This document shows positions 59,949-64,000 of a stretch of DNA of 64,000 bases, one piece after another. The notes beneath the pieces were generated by a model. That model did not search any database, was not told the origin of the DNA, and worked only from the letters and a program-made list of their open reading frames with translations. Both the position numbers and the translations under genes were made by a program. The stretch lies in NCBI GenBank assembly GCA_012295275.1, contig CM022666.1, positions 12,710,001-12,774,000 on the forward strand, in the 5' to 3' direction. Origin of the DNA: Chrysomallon squamiferum. Lineage: Eukaryota > Animalia > Mollusca. Numbering within the stretch: position 1 is the first letter of the stretch; every line of letters begins with the position of its first letter.

Positions 59949-60800
59949 TAATAAAATAATTTAATAACAAATAATAAAGATAAAAATATTATTAAATATT
60001 TATTAACAAGATTTATTAAAGAAGACAAGGAATAGCTGAAGTGTGCAAATGAGAATTTGTATATAAATTTAGTGATCCTTCTTCCACTTTTAAAGCTTTC
60101 ACTGAGTATTATTTTATTAACTAAATAATAATAAAAATAAGAACAATAAATAGAAATAAATAAATAAACAACTAAATTAATGTAATCAAAAAAAAAAACC
60201 CATCTAATGGTGATAATTAGCTTAAAGGTTAACTTTTTGAATGTTAAAGATTTCAAGAAGCAAAAAACAAAGATAAAAATTTTATCAGAAAGGAAATTTT
60301 TCATTTGACTAACTGCAGTTCATAAAAAGGACTGACTATAAGAACTTTAAAAAATATGTAATGGAAGATTAATTTTGTAAAATTAAGGCAGAACTAACAT
60401 TTTCCTTGTCTTGGACACAACTTGTGATGTTAGTGACAGGTGTTTTCTCATTGAAGAAAAAAACCCACATTACATTTGTTAACTCAGTATGTTAATACTA
60501 ACAAAACATGTTAATATAGTGAAAAACCTTCACGAAAAATGCACAATGAAACATCTGCTGACGGCTTTTGAAAGATTATATATCTCTTAAAAATTCCAGA
60601 CAGAAATTCACCGACAGATCGGACAATTTAAAGCCCCTTTTTACTGACGTGATTCATCCGCCAATTGTTTTAAGCTTCATAACCAAGCAAAACTCGAGTT
60701 AAATTTTGGGGAGGAGTTACGTAAAACTAATTTATTTATTTATAACTGCAATAATGGTGTTGTTCGAATTTCAATAAATTCCTTATAAATTTTATATTTA
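59863..60800 (-). mobile_element. Indel-rich copy of the SWIM-type relic block inside an intron of TNF copy 3
   Basis: Reverse complement matches about 20480-21575 (TTGTCCGATCTGTCGGTGAATTTCTGTCTGG etc.); absent from the same intron in copies 1 and 2. Confidence 0.6.
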
Positions 60801-61219
60801 ATGCTGTATCACGTTTTCAACAATCGGGTATTCATCCTTGATGTGATTTCCAGTTTCAACAAAAAAATTAAAAGATTTTAAAATTTGTTTGGCAATTCAA
60901 AATCATCATTAACGTGCACGGAATTTTAGTATCACAAATTGCCTTTCATTCGCTATTCCGGTATGTTTACTGGACAACAATGGAAATAGTGTTTTTCACT
61001 TTCTCGCGCTCTCCTGGTATTTTAATGTTTGTATGTAGACCTTTTTACATTGCTGTACAAAATAAATCGTACCAAATAAAATGTTATATTAATATTCTAA
61101 CGAAACGCCCAAGCCTAAAGCTATTGCTTAGTACATATTTAAATTATTATTATTTTCTAATGTTATTTGTAATAATTATTCATTTATTTTTAGATTTATT
61201 ATTTTTACAGGAAATAATG

Positions 61220-61250
<31 letters not shown>

Positions 61251-61285
61251 TATTAATTTTATTATTATCAATTTATAAATAAAAC

Positions 61286-61510
61286 CTTCCTTGAAATCGC
61301 AATTTCCAATACATTTAGTTGTTTGATTAATTTCCTTCCTTTTTGTAAAAAAGACTGCAGTTGTTTCCTGACATAATACGCAATTATAGTTTACAGCCGT
61401 TTGTTGTTTTGTCGACAGTAAAATAAATAAAACAACAGACACAATTCTCCAAAGATATTGATGCAGAAAACCACCAAAACAAAGACCTTTATTCTGTACG
61501 AAGTAAGCAT
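61286..61510 (-). pseudogene. Alternative first exon 1b of TNF copy 3, disabled
   Basis: 1-nt deletion after …NIFG leads to TAA at codon 40. Confidence 0.65.
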
Positions 61511-62187
61511 TATGGCGGAGAAATAGTAACAGGACACAAAACGAGTCACGTGACGCTTCACATCAATAATTCTACGCTACACAATTCGGGACAAAATTTA
61601 ATAAACGCGTAGTTGTTGCATGCAGTTTTTAGTCTAATTATTACAATTCTGATGTTTATTAATTACTTGTTTTTGTGATGATGACAATCATCATTATTAC
61701 AAACCTTGTTATTATAAATAGTAATTTTATCTGTTTATTAGAAGTATTAGTAAATGTAATATAGATATGTCTATTTAAGAAAAAACAAAAAAAAAAAGTA
61801 CGATGAATACCTCCATGAAGTCGCTCTTTCCAATGCAATATTTACTGTTTGATTTTTCTTCGTTTCCAAGTAACCCTTCCTACAAAAATTAACAAAAAAT
61901 TAATCCTCCTGTCACGACACAAACTAACGCTTTTATACCTTGAGAAAGTTACACTTAATTGAAATATAAAATTTAAAAACGAATACCTTGTTCAGGTCCC
62001 CGTTACTAACACAACGTTTAATAGTTTGTTTTCTGCACTCACCTTCTCTTCGCACAATATAGGCTCTGTCTGTGTGTGTGATCCGCGGTTTTGATACATA
62101 ACAACCTTCAAAGCAATCGAAACAGTCGCTAGAAGTATGTTGAGAAACAACAGGGCACAAACTACAGCTCTCATTATTTTTATCTCC

Positions 62188-62231
<44 letters not shown>

Positions 62232-63357
62232 CGGCTTATAAATCTGTAAGTGATAAAAAAATAATTTAAAAATTAAGGTGCTGTTACGAAACACGCCTGC
62301 TACAGGTCCGCGCTCTCTCTGACAACGCCTCGGTACGAGTAAGTTTGTATACGTGTAGAGGACCGATCACAGCTAGACTTACCAAGTCACATGATCATGT
62401 CACATAATCCTTCCTTGTAGACCTGATTAGCTCGTAATTTTTTTTTCATTTTCAGTTTCAGATACTACGTTAATTTCTTACACATTACTTAGTAAAACTG
62501 GTGTATCCTCTGTTTGGAAGAAACAAGTATGAAACAACAACGACAGCGATGACAATAACAACAACAATAATAACAAAAAATTAAGGTTCTGTCACGAAAG
62601 ACGCCTGCTACAGGTCCGCGCTCTCTCTGGCAACGCCTCGGTGCGAGTTAGTTTGTATACGTGTTAGTATTTGATCACCAATGAATAAACAAAAATTTAA
62701 AATTATTAAAACTAGATTAAACAAACAAACATTATTATTTTATTTATTTACTTTAAAGAAATAAACAACAAATCTACCAAATTTCATTACTATAACCAAC
62801 TTAAAAATGAAAAGAAAACGAAATTAAATAATAATAATGTTATTAATAAGAACAACAACTCTTTACAAAATAACAACCACAAAACAAACAAAATGAAAAC
62901 TGTAAATGCTTTTGTCAAATACCTAATATAATTATTTCAAGATTAAATTTCATCATATGAGAACATTTATGCAGAATGATAACTAAGAAAAACAAAAATC
63001 TTCTGAAAAACCTCCAGAGAAAAATAAAGGCAGAATCTGGAATGAGATGTCGAACTATCAGTAGAAACTGTTTTACTTCTATATATTGAACATGACAACT
63101 TAAACACCAATTATTTCCATCTTGAAGTGTTTCTTTAATAGTGTTTCCTTTGATAGCATGTGCATATTATCTAAAAAAAACCCCAGTTCATCTCGTTCAT
63201 AGATGATAATAACATTTAATAAAATTGCTTAAACACAGTAAAAGCACTGCATCATTAAAGCAGTGTCATTATATGTGATACTGGCAAAGGATCTTTCACA
63301 ATGATCAAGTATGACAAGAAAATAAAAATATCTTATGATGCATGCAGGCTGTATAAA

Positions 63358-63412
<55 letters not shown>

Positions 63413-64000
63413 TTGTTGTTGTTGTTGTTGTTGTTATTATAACAACAACAATAATAATAACTGAAGTGTGCAAATGAGAATTTCAGTATAAATTTAGTGA
63501 TCCTTCTTCCACTTTTAAAGCTTTCACTCAGTATTATTTTATCAAGTAAATAAAAATAAGAACAATAAATAGAAATCAATAAATAAACAACTAAATTAAT
63601 GTATAAAAAAAAAAAACCATCTAATGGTGATAATTAGCTTAACTTTATGTACTTCTTTGAATTTTAAAGATTTCACAAGCAATAAATTCATAATAAAATT
63701 TTATCAGAAAGTAATTTTTCTTTTGACTAACTGCAGTTCATAAAAACTTCTGACTATAAGAACTTTAAAAAAATATGTAATGGAAGATTAATTTTGTAAA
63801 ATTAACCAGAACTAACATTTTCCTTGTCTTGGATAGAACTTATGATGTTAGTGACAGGTGTTTTCTCATGGAATCTACAAAAATCACCCACATTATGTTG
63901 TTAACTCAGTATTTTTGTTGTTACCATTACTTTGTTTTAATTTTATTTTATAAATACAATCACAGCCCAATTCATTTCAAAGTGTGAAATGCTTGGTTCA

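Larger units (their letters stand above)
56863..62189 (-). pseudogene. TNF-superfamily ligand copy 3; exons 62189-62043, 61879-61811, 59309-59240, 58704-58639, 57294-56863; +1 frameshift near 57120
   Basis: Exons 1-4 are intact (RRKR furin site). The last exon is 432 nt versus 431 in copy 1, splitting the domain across ORFs 57059-57664 and 56863-57087. A consensus error cannot be excluded. Confidence 0.75.
55606..64000 (-). repeat. Inverted third copy of the TNF block (matches about 35745 back to 28950, then about 22620 back to 20890)
   Basis: Reverse-complement similarity throughout. Confidence 0.92.

Overview
AT-rich, intron-rich eukaryotic DNA, most consistent with an invertebrate animal (possibly a mollusc; inference only). 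It is a heavily duplicated mosaic. (1) 1-13130 is a head-to-tail array of ~2.55-kb units (5 full plus 1 partial), each carrying three disabled exons resembling NUFIP1 (C2H2 finger plus NUFIP1/Rsa1 motif). (2) A large block (about 14300-37300) is repeated at about 40930-55390 and again, inverted and partial, beyond a 200-N scaffold gap (55606-64000). The block holds an unprocessed CAMSAP/Patronin pseudogene fragment, THAP and SWIM/YqaJ-type transposon relics, and a five-exon TNF-superfamily (TRAIL-like) type II ligand gene. Copy 1 splices to an intact 260-aa protein with an R-S-K-R furin site, copy 2 is probably intact, and copy 3 has a +1 frameshift. Each TNF copy contains two alternative N-terminal modules (TM plus stalk), which appear to be kept reciprocally among paralogs, and the copies have rearranged NF-kB/IRF-type upstream regions. 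Also present are a 5'-truncated RNase H-bearing LINE, a MITE with 18-bp TIRs and an 8-bp TSD, hAT-like MITE debris, a SINE relic and many microsatellites. All gene models were spliced by eye. Family assignments rest on recalled motifs, not database searches.
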